Source: Phaeosaccion multiseriatum (Eukaryota; Protista; Ochrophyta, other classes). From it: a stretch of 64,000 nucleotides of DNA. The notes under the pieces are model-generated. The model worked only from the letters and a program-made list of their open reading frames with translations, searched no databases and was not told the origin of the DNA. Of the stretch, positions 60,992 to 64,000 are shown one piece after another (within the stretch, counting starts at the first letter, position 1; the number at the start of each line of letters is the position of its first letter). The stretch spans positions 1,674,001 through 1,738,000 of the forward strand of contig OZ218951.1 in the NCBI GenBank assembly GCA_965112735.1, given 5' to 3'. A program made the translations under genes and the position numbers.

Positions 60992-63900
60992 TCACGTGTC
61001 CACGTGCCCCTCAATAAGATGGAGCGCCTCCTCCATACCCCTATGGAGCGCAGAGACGGACGAGTACAGCACACTACCCGTACCCCCCGTCTTCTTGCGC
61101 TCTCCGCCCTCCTCCTCAGGAGCAGCAGCAGGGAAAGTGAATCCCTCGCTGGATGCTCTTCTCCTTATCGCAGGGTGGGGCCTAGCCTGATGATGATGAT
61201 GGCCTTGAGTCTGAGTGTGAGTCTCTAACTGCTCCTCCTCCTCCTCCTCCTCCTCCTGCCCTACATGTCGTGTCATTCGCTGCCTTCCCCGTGCCCTCCT
61301 TCCTCTCTGCTGCTGCCGCTGTTGCTGCTGCTGCTGTTGCTTCCTCCCTCCTCCCGGTTGTTGCCGCTGCCGCTGTTGGAGCACACGCATTAGTGCCACG
61401 TTATGAGCCCCTCCTGTCCCTTCTCCTCCACCCCCCCGGCTACCGGCTCCCCAGCTGCAGCTGCCAGGCACCGGTGGGCTCCTCTCCTGGGCCTCTCGTC
61501 TGCGTTGTTGCTGCATATTTGTGTTTGTATGCCAGTCGATCGGGAAAGGGGAGAGAGAGGGGCCAGAGAAGGGTGAGAGGGAGAGGGAGAGTGGAGCAGA
61601 GTAGAGCGGGGGAGAGCGGAGGAAAGCAAAGTAGAGAGTGAAGTAGGAGTGAGGGGGTCAGAGGAGGATGAGGGGTGGTTGTAGAGAAGGAGGAAGAGAC
61701 CGATGATAAGCGTCCCTCCACCCGTTCTTCCAAGGAAGGAGTGCAGCCCACTACTCATTCCTCACGAACGACTGAACAAAACCTTGGATGTACGACGAAC
61801 ACACAAACTACCTTTGGATGTACAAACTGCCTTGGAAATACAACCAACTCGCTAACTACCTTGGATATACAACCAACGCGTTGTTATTCGTACTCCGCGA
61901 AGGACCTTCTCGGGAGAATAGCGTTTTAACATCGAGGCCAGTAAACCGAAACAAGAAAGGAGAATGAAACTTACCAGGAGCTTGAGAGAAGCTTGTGAGC
62001 CGCCGGACTTGACGTTGGATGCGCTCTGAGGCCGTCTGGATGGAGATGGCGTTACAGAAATGAAGGCGGCGGCAGGTGTGTAGCGAGTGAGGGCGTGGTG
62101 CTGCTGCGGCGGTAAAGCACTTGACTCCGGCCCCTGCTGGTGGTGCTGCTGCTGGTGCTGCTGCCGCTGATGATAATCCTGCTGCTGCTGGTGGAGGATG
62201 CGTGCGCCCGTCTCGTGCGCAGCGGCCAAGTTGGGGGTCCCCGCTGGCCCAAGGAAGGGCACTCCAAAGGCAGCCAGGCTCGATGCAGCTGGCGACGGTC
62301 TGCTCCCGCTGGGTATACTACCAACACGTCGACTGGCCGTCTCGCCCCTGCGGCTGACACTGCTACTGCTGCTACTGCTTCGATTTCGACGGAGCTGGAC
62401 TTCCCCATCACTGCTCCTGCTCCTCCTCCTGCCGCCGCCGCCACCACTACCACCACTACTTAATGCTGCATCACCAACTGCCTGAGATGGGTGCCGCTCC
62501 ACCAGATGCGACGCGCTCAGCACGGACGGAATGTGATGCACATGGTTCTCCCCTCCCTCCCCGCTCGGAAGCCTCCTCTCTCGATTCAAAGGCCCTCCCT
62601 CCTCTCCTGCTCCGTCGTCCTCGGCGTTTTCCGGTGGTGCGCTGTCCTCGCCGTCTCCTGTAGCAGTTGGTGATACACCACCACCACCACCAGCACCAGC
62701 AGCTCTCGCGGTTGCGAGGAGAGATGCCGGGTCAACAATCCTCACAGGGCTCCTGAGTGCTGCTGCCGCAGTGAAACTCGATGCCGATTTCGATGATGTC
62801 GATGATTTCGACACTATCGTCACCGCCGCCGGACAAGGCATGGAGGGGAAGGCAGAGGAAGGTCTGGGCTGCAAAGTTCCGTGTGCGGAAGTCGGTGATG
62901 CAGCAGCAGGAGCAGCTCCAGCAGCAGCAACAGTTGGTGCCACAGCGGCGCTGCAGGAAGAAGCGCAACCACGCGCAGAGTGATGCCCCCCACTAAACCC
63001 CTGAGTCAGGCTCGGAGTCGATGTGGGAGGGGCACGGTGACTGCCACTGCCCATATGACTGCCTCTTCCCTTCCCGGCTGCCGAACCCGACTGAAGTGCA
63101 GGCACGAGAAGGGAGCCTGCCTGCCCGCCCACCTTCCCCCTCGCCGCCGCTGCGAACGCGTGTGCCGCGGCGCTAGGAGGAAGAGCCGAGACCGCGCTGG
63201 CCCAAGTGGCTGCTCTGGCTCCCATGCCCTGGTTGTGAGACAGGGACAGGGACAGAGGCAAACTCTGGCTGGTAGATTGACTCTGAGACAGAGGCATGGC
63301 ACTGCGTGGCCGCCGTGATGTTGTTGTTGTTGCTCGTCGGTCTGCTGCCATCTGCACGTGTGCTCTCTTCTTCTTCCTCTTGTCACAGATGGCGCCGCCT
63401 GTCATGCTCCCTGTCCTCACAACAGGGCTGGACCCAGTTCTGGACCCCCCTCCTGCTGCTGCTGGCGCATGTGCTGCTGTATCACCAACTGCTGCTGCTG
63501 CTGTTGGTGATCCAGCTCCTACAGGGAAAGCAAACTCGACCACTCGCTGCTGCGATTCGACAGCCCCAGGGGATGTCTCCCCTGCCGGTGCCCCGGGGGG
63601 TATCGTGTGGCCGGACCCCCGGGGCGGGGTGGCTACAGGTGTATCCTCACGCGTGGACAGCGGCGGTGTCTGTGCGGCGTTCGACGTGATCGTGCCCCCG
63701 GGGGAAGGGTCCCCGGGGCAATCCTCAAAGAGCGAAGACGCCATGATCATCCCTGGACACACGTCCTCTTCTTCGACTTGGCGCTCGGACTTCTGCTGTA
63801 TCACCAACTGCTGCTGATTGCCATTGCTGCTGCTCGGCGGCGTCCTGTGACCCCGGCTATCGTTACCCTGCGCCTGCTCCTGACACCCAGCAGCAACGGG

Positions 63901-64000
63901 ATGCTGACCTCCCCCAGGGCGATCCTGACACCCAGGGGGCTCACCGCTGGCGATGTGGCGGAGGAGAAGGCCGTTGACTGCCTTCTTTCCGTCTTCACTG
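60992..64000 (-). CDS. 3' part of a large low-complexity (Ser/Ala/Gly/Pro/Gln-rich) protein of unknown function
   Basis: The frame of ORF 61852..63807 is open to the window edge. Likely donor GTAAGT at ~61975; probable last exon within ORF 60992..61516. Confidence 0.6.

Noticed and set aside
60023-61074. WMDG / IHPS repeat ORFs
   Set aside because: Translations of the (GATG)n microsatellite.

Overview
Eukaryotic nuclear DNA, GC-rich, with spliceosomal introns packed with microsatellites. It is most consistent with a photosynthetic stramenopile (ochrophyte), inferred from a bipartite plastid presequence and a CryptonS-like element. 1-12.5 kb is a repeat zone: a frameshifted pseudogene, three fold-back inversions, about 5.4 kb of (GAGT)n/(GAGG)n, MITEs, an intron-containing tRNA-Gln(UUG) and a 1.1-kb (CA)n. 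12.5-34 kb holds ordinary multi-exon genes: HMG-box protein, Ser/Thr kinase, probably plastid-targeted type II NAD(P)H dehydrogenase, S49/SohB peptidase and DHHC palmitoyltransferase. 35-54.6 kb is a tandem segmental duplication of an alpha/beta-hydrolase plus an intronless EGF-like/7TM gene. Its second copy carries an ~8.3-kb insertion made of a 4.6-kb non-coding element bounded by identical 485-bp direct repeats, docked directly on an apparently intact Crypton (tyrosine-recombinase) transposon with a C-terminal PHD-type finger. 54.8-59.5 kb encodes a secreted metzincin protease fused to three CBM1 cellulose-binding modules. The most unexplained signal is a 13-mer, GTATCACCAACTG, with 9 exact copies on both strands in exons (different frames), introns and non-coding DNA. 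All alignments and exon boundaries were read by eye.
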